The notes under the pieces: model-generated
The model's database searches: none
What the model was told of the DNA's origin: nothing
What the model saw: the letters and a program-made list of their open reading frames with translations, nothing else
Assembly (NCBI GenBank): GCA_016196625.1
Contig: JACPXH010000004.1
Location: forward strand, 1,711 to 65,710
Length of the DNA stretch: 64,000 bases
Direction: 5' to 3'
Origin: Candidatus Parcubacteria bacterium
GTDB lineage: Bacteria > Patescibacteriota > Minisyncoccia > JACPXH01
Program-made: the position numbers and the translations under genes
In this document: positions 1 through 10,514 of the stretch, piece by piece
How the letters are laid out: each line of letters starts with the position of its first letter
How positions within the stretch are numbered: position 1 is the first letter of the stretch

Positions 1-2916
1 ACTGACCGGATTCGGTAAGGATACCGTAGGCACTCCCTTGTACAGGATGAAGGCTTGGCCTGTGTAGGTACCGGACTTGCTGCCTTTGGCGATCTTGGTC
101 GCTGACTGCACCCCGACTCCAGCATAGGCATCATCGTCGATGCCCGTTGAGATGCCGCGACCCGCGACTCCAGCCAAGTTGGTGCCAATCTGGTTCCAGT
201 CAGCCTTGAGCGTAACCTGCTTGCCGGTCGAGCCTTTCAGAATTCGGAGCGTGCCCTGGGTCAGAATGAAGGTAACCGGGGTTGACGCTTCGGTGCTCGT
301 GGGCGTTACCTCTGCCAACTTCGTTGTGCCGTCGTAGAGGTAGAACTTGGCCACCTGATTTCGCGTAACACCGGTGTTTTGAGTCGTGGTCGTTACATGC
401 AATTCAGTGATGTCAATGTCCTCGTTCGTTGCGGTGAACCGAATCTCGCCCAGCGTAAAGCCTGTCTGCCCTGACACGGCCAAGGCCGAGGTGGTCGGGT
501 TGGCAGCATCGGTGGCCACGGTGAGCGAACCTGTGGAAGCCGTGGTCATTGCTTGACCAGTTGAGTCGGTTACCGTGGGAGTTACCGAGGAGGCGGTTAC
601 ATTACCTATTCCTACCACTCCGGTCTGACCGGAGATGCCAAAGGAGTAGGTCTGGGAGGTGCCTGCGTTCGCACTCATGTCGCCCTTTAGACGGATCGTT
701 ATGGTCGTGCCCTTCGTAATAACGAGGGGACTCGAGAGCGTGAATGTGGTTGTGGCCGTGCTTTCGGTCGGCTGCACTATAGGCTGCAAGGCCGTCTCAG
801 TGCTGCCGGAGACCGTGAACAGCTGCTGGTTGACCACGTCATCTTCGGTGGCGGCTGTGCCAACCGTGTTCTTGGGCTTGATGGCCGTCACCCGAACATC
901 TTCGCCCGCGTCTGACGCATCGAACGTCCACTCGGCGAAGGTGAAGGCATTAGTCCCCACAATGATGGTCTGCGCGGCCGGAGTGGCATTGGTCGTTACC
1001 TTCAGATTCGCCGCCTTGACCGTTACGGTGTCGGTCGTCACGTCGGTCGTCGGGTTGGGTGTCAACGTGTTATTCGTCACCGACCCCTTGGCCGTTACCG
1101 TAGCTGCTGGTGCGGCAACGCCAACCTGTATCGTGTCGTTGTTCGCGTAGGTCGTGCTCAAGTTGCCTTTGATCGTGTAGACCGCAGTGCCCGTCGGGAA
1201 GACAACCGTATCGGTTGAAGTGGCGCGGCCATCGAATGAACCAGACGCGCGCACGGTCGGATCAATGGGCCCTAACACTGCCGCGCCGGCGCTGTCGAAG
1301 ATAGTCAAGTTCGTCAGGTTCGAGAGCGCCTTTGAGCTTGAAGCGTAAATCACCAAGCGCGTCACATTAATTGACTCGCCTTCCACCGTGGTTTTGAACT
1401 TACCCAACACCTGCCCGTTGCCACCTGACGCAACGTTGAGGGACGTGATCGGATCCTTAGAGAAAGTGAGCGTGCCCGTGCCTATAGTGGTCGTGTCAGA
1501 CGGGTTGAAGCGTGGGTCAGCCGAGTTCGGATACGTGGGTGTAATGAAGTAACCGTACTTGAGGCCCTTGACAACCAAGTGCGTGGATTTCTCAATCACG
1601 AAGTCAACCGTACGGCTCGAACCAGACTTGATGTCGCCACGGATCGAGAACTCGCGCGACTCACCTTTCGGGATTTTGATCTTGGGGCTCACGTTGTAGG
1701 TAACGTACTTGGCCGTAGGCTTGGACACCGTCGCGAGCACGGTTGAACCGTCTTGCAACAGCTCAAGATCAGTCACGTCATCGTCGCCTGCGGTGCCGTT
1801 CTCAAACCACGTGATCTGGCTTACTTCAATATCCTCGGCCGAACCGGCCGTTACTTTGAAGGACGAGAAGAGATAGTCAGTCTTGCCCACGCGTTGGGTC
1901 GTTGCTGACGGATCAAGTCCGCCGACGGCCACGGTGGCAACACCTATCGTGAGTGTGGCGTTCATCGTCATGGCGTTGCCCGCAATCGGAAGCGTGACCG
2001 AAAGCGTGCCGGACTTCATCGCCACTGCCGTCACTTCAAGTCTGGCCACTTCAGCCGCATTGAGGGAACTCGCCATGTTGGCCGCCACGGTGAGGTACTT
2101 CGTGCCGGCTTTGACCGTGATGTCGTCGTTGAAGACGGTGTCATCTTGAGAAGACAGGGTCTTGGCCGAGCCGATCTGCGTATCGTTATCGCTGTTGTCG
2201 AGAAGAATGATTTCCGAGAAGTTAGCGTTCGCAGAAGCGCCCGTGCGCTTGACCGTGATCGAATCAATCACCGCATCGCCGCCTGAAGCGCTGAGCATCA
2301 GTTTTGTGAAGCCCACGCGCGCGGCGTTTTGCGGAATGGTCGTCGCAGCCGGCGTATCAGAAGCCAAGCTCACGCTGAGCGTCCCGGCCGGGCCACTCGG
2401 AGTCGACGGAGTGCCGAGGTCAGCGCCGGTCGTATAGAAGTCGCGCTCGGCGGTATTGGTCACATAGACCGCATTCCACTTGTACCCGCGGGAATTGAAT
2501 TCCGCGAGGGTCGTGACCCAGCGCTTGGTTGCGCCCACGCCTGCCACTGCCGTTGCCGGATCAGTCCAGTAGACTTTCGTGTCGCCGTCAGCCCTAGTCA
2601 GCCACGATTCCTCGTAGCTGGCGACTGTCTCCGGCGAAACTACTTTAACTTTCGAGAATCCAAGGTGCAGGTAAAAGTTGAACATCTGGGGTCCAACGAA
2701 CCAGCGCCTGTATTTCTCGGAGCCGACGAGTTTTACAATATAGACCTTGAAATCATTCGAGGCGCGAATGAGATCACCGTCTACGATCGTTTGCGCTGAA
2801 GCTGAAAGTGGCACGAGGAGCGAAACGCCCGAGAGCCAGACAGTTGTGGAAACCGCCAAAGCTCCGGAGACAAAACGCTCGAGCACGCCACTTCGTTTTC
2901 TAAACGATTGAGGCAT
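1..2916 (-). CDS. Very large secreted surface (S-layer-like) protein, 3' end truncated at window start
   Basis: Reverse-complement reading gives an uninterrupted ORF starting ATG at 2916. AAGGAG RBS lies 7 nt upstream. N-terminal signal peptide MPQSFRKRSGVLERFVSGALAVSTTVWLSGVSLLVPLSASAQT. The rest is T/S/V/A/G-rich beta-rich repeat sequence typical of cell-surface proteins. Not in the ORF track because no stop is reached within the window. Confidence 0.55.
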   Translation of the reverse strand, partial: MPQSFRKRSGVLERFVSGALAVSTTVWLSGVSLLVPLSASAQTIVDGDLIRASNDFKVYIVKLVGSEKYRRWFVGPQMFNFYLHLGFSKVKVVSPETVASYEESWLTRADGDTKVYWTDPATAVAGVGATKRWVTTLAEFNSRGYKWNAVYVTNTAERDFYTTGADLGTPSTPSGPAGTLSVSLASDTPAATTIPQNAARVGFTKLMLSASGGDAVIDSITVKRTGASANANFSEIILLDNSDNDTQIGSAKTLSSQDDTVFNDDITVKAGTKYLTVAANMASSLNAAEVARLEVTAVAMKSGTLSVTLPIAGNAMTMNATLTIGVATVAVGGLDPSATTQRVGKTDYLFSSFKVTAGSAEDIEVSQITWFENGTAGDDDVTDLELLQDGSTVLATVSKPTAKYVTYNVSPKIKIPKGESREFSIRGDIKSGSSRTVDFVIEKSTHLVVKGLKYGYFITPTYPNSADPRFNPSDTTTIGTGTLTFSKDPITSLNVASGGNGQVLGKFKTTVEGESINVTRLVIYASSSKALSNLTNLTIFDSAGAAVLGPIDPTVRASGSFDGRATSTDTVVFPTGTAVYTIKGNLSTTYANNDTIQVGVAAPAATVTAKGSVTNNTLTPNPTTDVTTDTVTVKAANLKVTTNATPAAQTIIVGTNAFTFAEWTFDASDAGEDVRVTAIKPKNTVGTAATEDDVVNQQLFTVSGSTETALQPIVQPTESTATTTFTLSSPLVITKGTTITIRLKGDMSANAGTSQTYSFGISGQTGVVGIGNVTASSVTPTVTDSTGQAMTTASTGSLTVATDAANPTTSALAVSGQTGFTLGEIRFTATNEDIDITELHVTTTTQNTGVTRNQVAKFYLYDGTTKLAEVTPTSTEASTPVTFILTQGTLRILKGSTGKQVTLKADWNQIGTNLAGVAGRGISTGIDDDAYAGVGVQSATKIAKGSKSGTYTGQAFILYKGVPTVSLPNPVS

Positions 2917-3594
2917 AACGTTTCTCCTTAATATAGTGATGGACATCTCCTCTCCTCCCGGGAAACGACCTAACGCCTAATCCTGGGCCGAGGGAGATTC
3001 TTTATTCGTCCCGCCACACCGGGCGGCTACCGAATAAACTCTAGTTGATAAAGATTAACATGGCTGATTTTGAGGAGCCAAGTCCGTTCCGTCCTGAACG
3101 GGCGGAACACCGACCCGACCTCGAACTCCGCAATCAGAATTTGAAGGAAGTAATTTGAGACTCTAGTTTGCCGGAGTACTCTTGAATTGTCAACGAACAA
3201 GATAAATCTTTGTCATCATACATGCCTGCAATCAACTCTGCAACACTGTGGGCAATCCTTCTAATCGATTGTCAAATGATTGAATTGAGTCGTTCGCACT
3301 ACGAACACGAAAACACTCTCACGCCACCATTCTCTGCGCATCTCTGCGCACGCGTAACCATTAAATATATCTCGCCTCGCCATTATATGCCGGGCAGCTA
3401 TTCGGAGCAAGGCTTTAGAAAGCCATTTTGTGGATAAGTGCAGCTAGCTGAATTTCTGGCCACACGCTGCTAACCATGCCCACAAACGCATACTCAACAT
3501 GCAGGCTGCTTATCCCGACCAACCAAGAATTTTCTCCATTATAACAGTCAAAAAAAGCCTCGCAAACAACTCTTGTGGATAACTAAACAAGCAT
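2917..3594 (-). promoter_or_regulatory. Long AT-richer upstream/5' UTR region of the surface-protein gene
   Basis: About 680 bp of non-coding, lower-GC sequence upstream of the minus-strand surface-protein start. Contains the direct repeat tctctgcgca-tctctgcgca. Long leaders are typical of highly expressed S-layer genes. Confidence 0.3.
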
Positions 3595-4239
3595 TTAAGC
3601 CCCGCTTTGACGAACAAGAAAATACATACTGCTTGCGCCAAATCCCTGTCTCATTATAAGCCCTCCTTGGCAAAGATCGTTCAGATCTCTCCGGATGGTA
3701 CGCGCAGAAACGCCAGCTAAGGCCGAAGAAAAATCGCGCAGGCGGCAAGAACCGTCCTGCCGGAGAATGGCCAGAATGTTGGCTTGGCGCCTGCTTCGGA
3801 CGCCTTCCTCCGCAGCTCTATTTGATTTTGTTGCTCCGGTATGACTTTCGGCAAACCTTGCCGCTTTCTGGCTCTGCTGCTCAATCAACTGCGGCCAGTG
3901 CTGCCAGAGAGAGCGGTAAGCTGAAATGAGCACGGTGAAATTCTCCGGCGCTGCAAACCCCAATGGCGAAGCTAAGCGCAAGAGAGCAACAAGCTGGGAG
4001 AACACCTGGAGGCCGTTTTGCCTGTCCAGATGCGCGCTTGAAGCAACGCTTTCAATAACGAGCTGCCGCAGTTTTTCGCGGAGCGGCTCATCTGATGGGA
4101 ACTTCTGCGTTACCCTATACACGGCCAGACCAATTCGAATGGCCTCATTGACTCGACCCGCAGAAATGTCCTTATTGGCATCTCCAAGGCCTTTCCTGCC
4201 GCGCACGCCCAATGGGCCAAGAGAATCTGTGGCGTCCAT
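3595..4239 (-). CDS. DeoR-like HTH transcriptional regulator (C-terminal HTH)
   Basis: C-terminal segment QANILAILRQDGSCRLRDFSSALAGVSARTIRRDLNDLCQGGLIMR matches the DeoR-type HTH signature TIRRDL...L...G.I.R. Confidence 0.4.
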   Translation of the reverse strand: MDATDSLGPLGVRGRKGLGDANKDISAGRVNEAIRIGLAVYRVTQKFPSDEPLREKLRQLVIESVASSAHLDRQNGLQVFSQLVALLRLASPLGFAAPENFTVLISAYRSLWQHWPQLIEQQSQKAARFAESHTGATKSNRAAEEGVRSRRQANILAILRQDGSCRLRDFSSALAGVSARTIRRDLNDLCQGGLIMRQGFGASSMYFLVRQSGA

Positions 4240-4399
4240 ATGCCGGCATTGTATGTCCTAATTCTTTTCTGGCGCAACTCCACCAAATTTCCAGACTGAA
4301 AAAGGACCGCTTCGCCGCCGGTCCTTTTCTCCCCGCCCTCGCAGAGGGCCACGGGCTCTGCCCTATAGAACTTCACTATCGATTGTCGGCCGCCCAAAA

Positions 4400-5479
4400 C
4401 TAAAGCTCTACGCTCGAGTAATCCCCAACCACCAACTTGTGCCCAGACGGTCTGGTAGCTTGATGAGATTGCAGAATGCAGTTTCGGCCAAGAATACTGT
4501 CTACAATACGGACAGGAGTTTCGATTCTCGCGTCATTGAGGACAATAGAATGATCGAGTTCGGCGCCTTTGGTTTGTACATTGTCCCCAATGGCGGTAAA
4601 AGGCCCAATATAGCTGTCCTCGATGACAGAATTTTCTCCAATAAGGACAGGGCCCCGAACGAATGATGTCCCTTTTATATAAGAGCCTGTCCCTATTCGA
4701 ACCCGACCTTGAACAGTAGCCTGATTGTCCACTTGACCCAAAATTTCAGAAACAAAAGCAGCCGGATCACTCATCACCAGCTGATTGCCCTCAAGCAAAT
4801 CCTGGGGCAGCCCCGTATCTTTCCACCAACCAGTAATCACGGAATATCCGGCCTTAAAGCCACGCTCTATAAGCATGGTGTTGAAATCAGAAATTTCGTA
4901 TTCCCCCCGCCGGCTAGGCCGCAAATCATCCAAAACCGGCCAGACGTCAGGCCGGTAGAGATAAATGCCCGCCTGGGCCAGATCGCTGGCCGGATTTTCA
5001 GGCTTTTCAATGATTCGCCGCAGCGTGCCATCTGAGGCAAACTCCGGCACACCGAAGCGCTGGGGATCTTTGACTTTGACAAAGTTGAAGTGGCAATGGA
5101 CCCCGCTCGAGGTAAACTCCTTGACAATATTCCCTAAACCCTCCACCAAAAGATTATCGCCCAAGTAGAAAATGCACGGCTCATCCCCAATGAAGTCACG
5201 TCCGGTGCCAAGCGCATGCGCAAGGCCCAAAGCACCGCCATGCTGCTCGAGATACGTAAGTTCAACCCCCCACTGCTCGCCCCTACCCAAGGCCTCACGC
5301 AGTTCTGTCTCGCCGGGATTTACGATGATACCCACTTCACGAATGCCCACCGCGGCCATCTTTTCAATGGCATAAAATATCATGGGTTTGTTGGCAATCG
5401 GGATGAGGTGCTTGTTGATGGTGAAGGTCAGCGGCCGCAGCCTCGTCCCTCGCCCACCGCCAGTAATGAGTGCTTTCAT
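4400..5479 (-). CDS. rmlA: Glucose-1-phosphate thymidylyltransferase, long form with C-terminal beta-helix
   Basis: N-terminus MKALITGGGRGTRLRPLT is the nucleotidyltransferase G-loop. 359 aa, with a hexapeptide-repeat-like C-terminus. Confidence 0.75.
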   Translation of the reverse strand: MKALITGGGRGTRLRPLTFTINKHLIPIANKPMIFYAIEKMAAVGIREVGIIVNPGETELREALGRGEQWGVELTYLEQHGGALGLAHALGTGRDFIGDEPCIFYLGDNLLVEGLGNIVKEFTSSGVHCHFNFVKVKDPQRFGVPEFASDGTLRRIIEKPENPASDLAQAGIYLYRPDVWPVLDDLRPSRRGEYEISDFNTMLIERGFKAGYSVITGWWKDTGLPQDLLEGNQLVMSDPAAFVSEILGQVDNQATVQGRVRIGTGSYIKGTSFVRGPVLIGENSVIEDSYIGPFTAIGDNVQTKGAELDHSIVLNDARIETPVRIVDSILGRNCILQSHQATRPSGHKLVVGDYSSVEL

Positions 5480-5757
5480 GGATCCTTTACTTGGTTACCC
5501 AATACCCTCGGGCGCTGCCTCGAAAAGACGTGTCGCTCGCCCCAGCGAGGCTCGCGCACTCTCGCTCGGCCAAAAGGAATGCCCGGGGCGTTGCGTCCGG
5601 TCTCGCGCCGCTTCGCGGCAAGCTCGACCGGCAACGCCCGTGCGGAGCGAAGCAGCTCGCTCCGCACCCCGCTCATCCTGCGCGACGCTTTTCTCGGCAG
5701 CAGCCCTCGGGGTATTTACGTTCTTACACTCGCCATCTTGGATAATAGGAGAAAACT

Positions 5758-6771
5758 TTAAAGATATTCCACCTTTCCCTCCCCAATAATTTTCTGCCAC
5801 CACCACGGATTCTCCGTGTACCACCGCACCGTCTCCTGCAACTCATCTTCGAACGATCGCTCGGGCATCCAGCCCAACTCGCGGCTGATTTTACCCGCAT
5901 CAACGCCGTAGCGAAAGTCGTGCCCGGGTCTATCCTCAACGAATTCAATGAGTCGCGGGGGCTTGCCCAATAGATACGCGATGCTGAGCGCCACCTCGAT
6001 GTTGGGCTTCTCCACGGCGCCGGCGATATTATACACTTCACCATTCTGCCCGCTGCGCAAGACCGCATCAATGGCGGCGGCATGGTCTTCGACCGCGAGC
6101 CAAGTGCGGATGTTGAGACCGTAACCATAAACCGGGACGGTCTTGCCCGCCAGTAAACGGGTTACGGTCCGGGGGATAAACTTTTCCGGGTGCTGGTGCG
6201 GGCCAAAGGTATTGCTGCCCCGGGTTATCGCCACCTCAAGACCGTACGTATGCGCAAACGAGAGTACCAAATGTTCTGCTCCGGCCTTGCAAGCCGAGTA
6301 AGGATTAGCCGGGTTGAGCGCGGCAGTTTCGGTGCAGTAACCCTCGCTGATGCTGCCGTACACTTCGTCGGTTGAGACCTGAACGAAACGCTTGGCCCCG
6401 AACTCGCGGGCGACCGCAAGCAGCACGCCCACCCCCAACACGTTCGCCTCAAGGAACGGCCGCGGATCGTGAATGGAGCGATCAACGTGAGTTTCAGCGG
6501 CAAAGTTGACTACGGCTTCAACTTTTTCCCGCGCCATGACCTCGCGGATCATGGCTTCGTCCGCGATGTCTCCCTGAACGAAAACGTAGCGCGGACTGTC
6601 GCGCTTCCCCTCTTGAGCCACCTTTTCTTCGACATCCCGAAGGTTGTCGAGGTTACCCGCATAGGTCAGCTTGTCGAAGTCGACCACACGGTCTTCCGGA
6701 TACGTGTTGAGCACGTGCCGGATGAAATGCGACCCGATGAAGCCTGCGCCACCGGTTATAAGTATTGTCAT
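5758..6771 (-). CDS. rmlB: dTDP-glucose 4,6-dehydratase
   Basis: MTILITGGAGFIGSH Rossmann motif and YxxxK SDR extended family. 337 aa, adjacent to rmlA. Confidence 0.8.
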   Translation of the reverse strand: MTILITGGAGFIGSHFIRHVLNTYPEDRVVDFDKLTYAGNLDNLRDVEEKVAQEGKRDSPRYVFVQGDIADEAMIREVMAREKVEAVVNFAAETHVDRSIHDPRPFLEANVLGVGVLLAVAREFGAKRFVQVSTDEVYGSISEGYCTETAALNPANPYSACKAGAEHLVLSFAHTYGLEVAITRGSNTFGPHQHPEKFIPRTVTRLLAGKTVPVYGYGLNIRTWLAVEDHAAAIDAVLRSGQNGEVYNIAGAVEKPNIEVALSIAYLLGKPPRLIEFVEDRPGHDFRYGVDAGKISRELGWMPERSFEDELQETVRWYTENPWWWQKIIGEGKVEYL

Positions 6772-6938
6772 GTAGGGAAAAGTGTTGTCGGATATTGAGT
6801 ATTCGTTGCGTTGAGGAGACGGTTATTCTTAACGCGAATTTGCTCAATGGGTCAAGCGCTGCGACTGCAGAACCCAAAAAGAAATGGCCTCGGTGGCCAT
6901 CTGGCCACCGAGGCGTACGTTTTGCTTCTCCCTCCTTG

Positions 6939-7826
6939 CTATGCCTTACGAACGAACCACACCTGCCGCTTGCCGTAAGCCGGCGGCGAGAACTGGTAAT
7001 CGCTCCACAGATTGACGATAGTGAAACCGCTGCGCTCAAGCAGATGCTGCATCTCGAAGCGGTAGAACCATCGGAGCGACAAACGCCAGTAATACTGGCG
7101 GAGCACTTGATCATCGGACGCAAGTTCCACAAACCGCCACTCTGCATGGAGAACCTGCTGCTCGACGATGTTCTCGCGCGCGTCAAGGAAGATCTTCCAC
7201 CGCAGCTTTGTTTCGGGATGCACCACCTCACCCACCATTTCTCTTGTCAGGCCTCCCCCGGGCAGACACATTTCCAGCTTCGGGTCGAAGACATCAATCA
7301 CGAGGTGCCCGTTTTCGGCAAGGTGATGGCGGATGCATTGGAGAGCCCGCATCTGGTTCTCGATCGCGAGCAGATGCTGGAACGCCGAGAACGGGACGAT
7401 AGCGAGCGGGAACTTGCGGCCGAGATCGAAGTCGCGCATGTCGCCCTCGACAAGCGAGATGTTCCGCTGTACCAATGCGGACTCTTTGGAGATATTCTCC
7501 CTCGCCTGCCGAAGCATGTTGGGCGAAATCTCGAGCCCAACCACCGGAATGTTTTGCTCCGCAAGGTAGCGGGCGACGCGGCCGGTACCTACGGCCAGTT
7601 CAAGCACCGGCCGGCGGCGCTTGGCCAGCTTGTGATATAGCACCCGATCATCACCATGGTCGAGCGGACCCGGGTGCAATGCATCGTAGAGATCCACCAA
7701 CGGATGCGGGTACTCAAGGAACTGTGGCGTGACACACCCTCCTGGTGATGGGTTGTTTGATCCAGATAAAGCGCGACCCGATGCCACACCTCGATCGCCT
7801 TTGGGGATAAAACCACCGAACACCAC
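6939..7826 (-). CDS. Class I SAM-dependent methyltransferase
   Basis: Motif I LELAVGTGRVARYL followed by VVGLEISPNML. N-terminal extent uncertain; true start may be internal. Confidence 0.6.
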   Translation of the reverse strand: MVFGGFIPKGDRGVASGRALSGSNNPSPGGCVTPQFLEYPHPLVDLYDALHPGPLDHGDDRVLYHKLAKRRRPVLELAVGTGRVARYLAEQNIPVVGLEISPNMLRQARENISKESALVQRNISLVEGDMRDFDLGRKFPLAIVPFSAFQHLLAIENQMRALQCIRHHLAENGHLVIDVFDPKLEMCLPGGGLTREMVGEVVHPETKLRWKIFLDARENIVEQQVLHAEWRFVELASDDQVLRQYYWRLSLRWFYRFEMQHLLERSGFTIVNLWSDYQFSPPAYGKRQVWFVRKA

Positions 7827-8219
7827 ATCGAAAAACGGTTCGTGTATGACCCCCTCCTTGTGAAAGTACTGCGTTTGCGCACCTAGATAAAAACCAAGAC
7901 CGCCTTGGCTCTACCTAGCCAAGACGGTCTTTGAAGAATACGGTTATGTGCGGCTTAGAAAATCTTCATGAGACAAAAACCACCTTGGCCAAATAGTCCA
8001 AAATCGCCCACATAGGTGGGATTAAAATCGGCATGACACCGACACCAGCACTGGCTGAGTGATTTTTGCATTGTGGCTAGGTTACCCGATCCATGAGGAG
8101 CTGTCAACCCCGTACTACAACGGCGGAGCAAAACTGCAGGGTCGGTGCGTCCATAACTGGTTGGACGGCGAGTTAAGCGCAAGTATCTGCGGCGCGTTGT
8201 AGTGCGGGGTCAACCCCAC

Positions 8220-9029
8220 TTACGCTCCGTACCGCGGCACTTTCAACCCATACTTACGAAAGTATTTGATCGCACTCAAGATGTGAATGCGCGTGTATGG
8301 ATTCAACAGCGCGTCGAAGACGGACCGCGAGCGCGATTGCTGCTGGTGGTAGTGGATGACTTTGGCCTGCGGGACATAGTGCACTTCCCAGCCCGCTTCC
8401 CAAAAACGCCGACACAAATCCACGTCTTCAAAATACATGAAAAAGCGCTCGTCAAAATGCCCAACCGCATTGAGCGCTTCGCGCCGGACGCAGAGCGCCG
8501 ACCCCATGAGCCAATCAACCGGTTCCGGGACAACGACCGCGGGTCGGTCGGCGCGCCGGAACGCCGCGAGCTTGCGCCGGAACCATTTGAGACGCCCGAA
8601 CCACGTGCGCCGAGACAGAATGACCGCGGGGCTATAGAAGCGGAACGCGGAATCCTGACGCGTCTCGTCAATGTTCAAAAGCTGTGGCCCGGCCACTGCC
8701 ACACGGGGGTGCGCGCGCATGTACTCGAGCAATGCCCCGACTGTGCCCTGGAGCACAATAATATCCGCGTTCAAAATGAGCACGAACTCGCCCTGGCTTT
8801 TTTGAAGTCCGTGATTGATCAACTTGGCGTAACCGACGTTCTCGTCATGCCACAACCACTCAACTTCCGGGTACTCGGCGGCGAACGCAGCCATGGGCCC
8901 AGCTTCAGTCGCCGAATCCGACACCGTAATCTGTGTCCGCCCGGAGCCAACCGCTCGGCGCACAGAATCAAGGCAGAGCTTAAGGAGCGGCCGCGAGCGG
9001 TAGTGAGAGATAACCACCGAAAGCTCCAT
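8220..9029 (-). CDS. Family 2 glycosyltransferase
   Basis: VVISHYRSRPLLKLCLDSV plus a DxD-like ILNADII region and a GT2-A fold signature. 269 aa. Confidence 0.7.
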   Translation of the reverse strand: MELSVVISHYRSRPLLKLCLDSVRRAVGSGRTQITVSDSATEAGPMAAFAAEYPEVEWLWHDENVGYAKLINHGLQKSQGEFVLILNADIIVLQGTVGALLEYMRAHPRVAVAGPQLLNIDETRQDSAFRFYSPAVILSRRTWFGRLKWFRRKLAAFRRADRPAVVVPEPVDWLMGSALCVRREALNAVGHFDERFFMYFEDVDLCRRFWEAGWEVHYVPQAKVIHYHQQQSRSRSVFDALLNPYTRIHILSAIKYFRKYGLKVPRYGA

Positions 9030-9032
9030 GCG

Positions 9033-9764
9033 CTACCGCTTAGCCAGCATGTCGGCGACGGCCCGCGTGTCAACTAATGCGAGCCCATCGTCCGAAGCAC
9101 TCTCCACCACGGCGGCCACCGCTCCCCCGAGTGTCGCCACCACCGAACCGACCACCGGCTCACGCCCAACCCTGATAGAAACCATAAACCCGTCATCCCG
9201 GAGACGACTCACAATGCCGTCGGAAACAAAGACGGTGGCCACCCCGGCTCGACGCTCAATCCCCGCCAGGAATACTCGTTCGCCCAACTCAAGCTCGTCG
9301 AAACGCCGCAGCTCAACCACCGGCAGGTTCACCGCCGGCACCCTTAAGAGCGCCAGACCCCGGGCGCTATCAACGCTCACGACTTGAGCTACCCAACTCT
9401 GCTCGCGGTAGAAAGCAGTCAGTTCTGCTCCGGGACTTATAAGCGCGGCACTGGTGATGAGGAGCCCGTCGGCCGTGGCAATAAAGCCGCTCCCCTGCCC
9501 CACGATTTCACCCCCCCGGCGCGCTTCGATCGTTACCAGCACCGGCCGCAGACGATTCAAACCTTCGGTGAGCGCCGTCTCTTCGGTAATCGTAACGCGC
9601 CGCGTCTGGTTGACGACCGTGGTGCGGCTCGTTAGCCGTCCCAGCAACGGGAATCTCGTAACCAAAGCGGTGCTACCCACAATCGGCAGCACCGCAAACT
9701 CAAAGAGCGCTGCTCCGAACATGCCGAGAAGTATGGCCCCAAAAAATTTTAGAACTCGGTTCAC
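9033..9764 (-). CDS. Membrane-anchored trypsin-fold (HtrA-like) protein with degenerate catalytic residues
   Basis: N-terminal TM helix. GQGSGFIATADGLLITSAALI resembles the DegP His-box GSGFI..DG.ILTNAHV, but His is replaced. No GNSGGP serine box is seen. Confidence 0.45.
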   Translation of the reverse strand: MNRVLKFFGAILLGMFGAALFEFAVLPIVGSTALVTRFPLLGRLTSRTTVVNQTRRVTITEETALTEGLNRLRPVLVTIEARRGGEIVGQGSGFIATADGLLITSAALISPGAELTAFYREQSWVAQVVSVDSARGLALLRVPAVNLPVVELRRFDELELGERVFLAGIERRAGVATVFVSDGIVSRLRDDGFMVSIRVGREPVVGSVVATLGGAVAAVVESASDDGLALVDTRAVADMLAKR

Positions 9765-9776
9765 GTTGATAAACTG

Positions 9777-10514
9777 TCAACGGCTCAAGGCTATGATGAG
9801 AGCTAAGAATATACTCCCAAGTACGAGCGCGAAAGCCAGCCGACCCCGACTCAAACGGCCCCCCAGCTGCTCGCGACTTAAGGCTGTAAGCACCGTGCCA
9901 ACCACCGCCACCACTGCGCCTCCCCCAACCCCCCCGATCGGCCAAAAGCTTACCACCCAAAATGTCTGTGCTACAAGCAGGCTCACCACCGCTGCCGCAA
10001 GCAGTGGACGGCGTGTGCCTACATCCTTGGCCCGGCTAACTTCGGGCCAAACGATAAAAAAGGAGGCAACCGCCATCGCCGCTACGCCCTTGGGAAACGA
10101 CAGCAGAAATCCCAGGCCAGCCCCCAAGAGCGTTGCCGCCCAAAGAAAAAACGCCACTGGCGCAACCAGCCGGGCGGCCTCAATCGTCGCGCGTCCCGCC
10201 GGAGCATAAGCAAGTCCCTTGCGCGTCGCCCACCCTTCGGCCAATAAACACCCAACACTCACTGCCGCCAGCACCGGCAGCACCGCGGCTGAGCCGCCGA
10301 GCCGCCCAAAAAACGCAACGCCGGCGAAGAAGGCCCCAATCACAGTCAAAAAAGAGAGTACCTCGCGCAAACGCCGGAAACTATACCAACCCCACAGGGC
10401 CGCGCCCGAGAGCACCGCCGCCATGATGGACATTGAGGGCGCGCGCGGCTCGGAAAAAATAAAAACGGCCGCCCCGACGGCCACGCTCGGCACCCAGATG
10501 CGCCAACCCATCAT
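9777..10514 (-). CDS. Polytopic membrane protein, unknown function
   Basis: 245 aa with 6-7 predicted hydrophobic helices. Translationally coupled to the flanking genes. Confidence 0.45.
   Translation of the reverse strand: MMGWRIWVPSVAVGAAVFIFSEPRAPSMSIMAAVLSGAALWGWYSFRRLREVLSFLTVIGAFFAGVAFFGRLGGSAAVLPVLAAVSVGCLLAEGWATRKGLAYAPAGRATIEAARLVAPVAFFLWAATLLGAGLGFLLSFPKGVAAMAVASFFIVWPEVSRAKDVGTRRPLLAAAVVSLLVAQTFWVVSFWPIGGVGGGAVVAVVGTVLTALSREQLGGRLSRGRLAFALVLGSIFLALIIALSR

Noticed and set aside
2329-2799. Plus-strand ORFs 659-1150, 1883-2149, 2162-2437, 2329-2799
   Set aside because: They lie antisense to the long uninterrupted minus-strand surface-protein ORF and have low-complexity V/T/A/R-rich translations.
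8202-9077. 291-aa plus-strand ORF antisense to the GT2 glycosyltransferase
   Set aside because: No motifs, Arg/Pro-rich, fully overlaps a gene with clear family motifs on the other strand.
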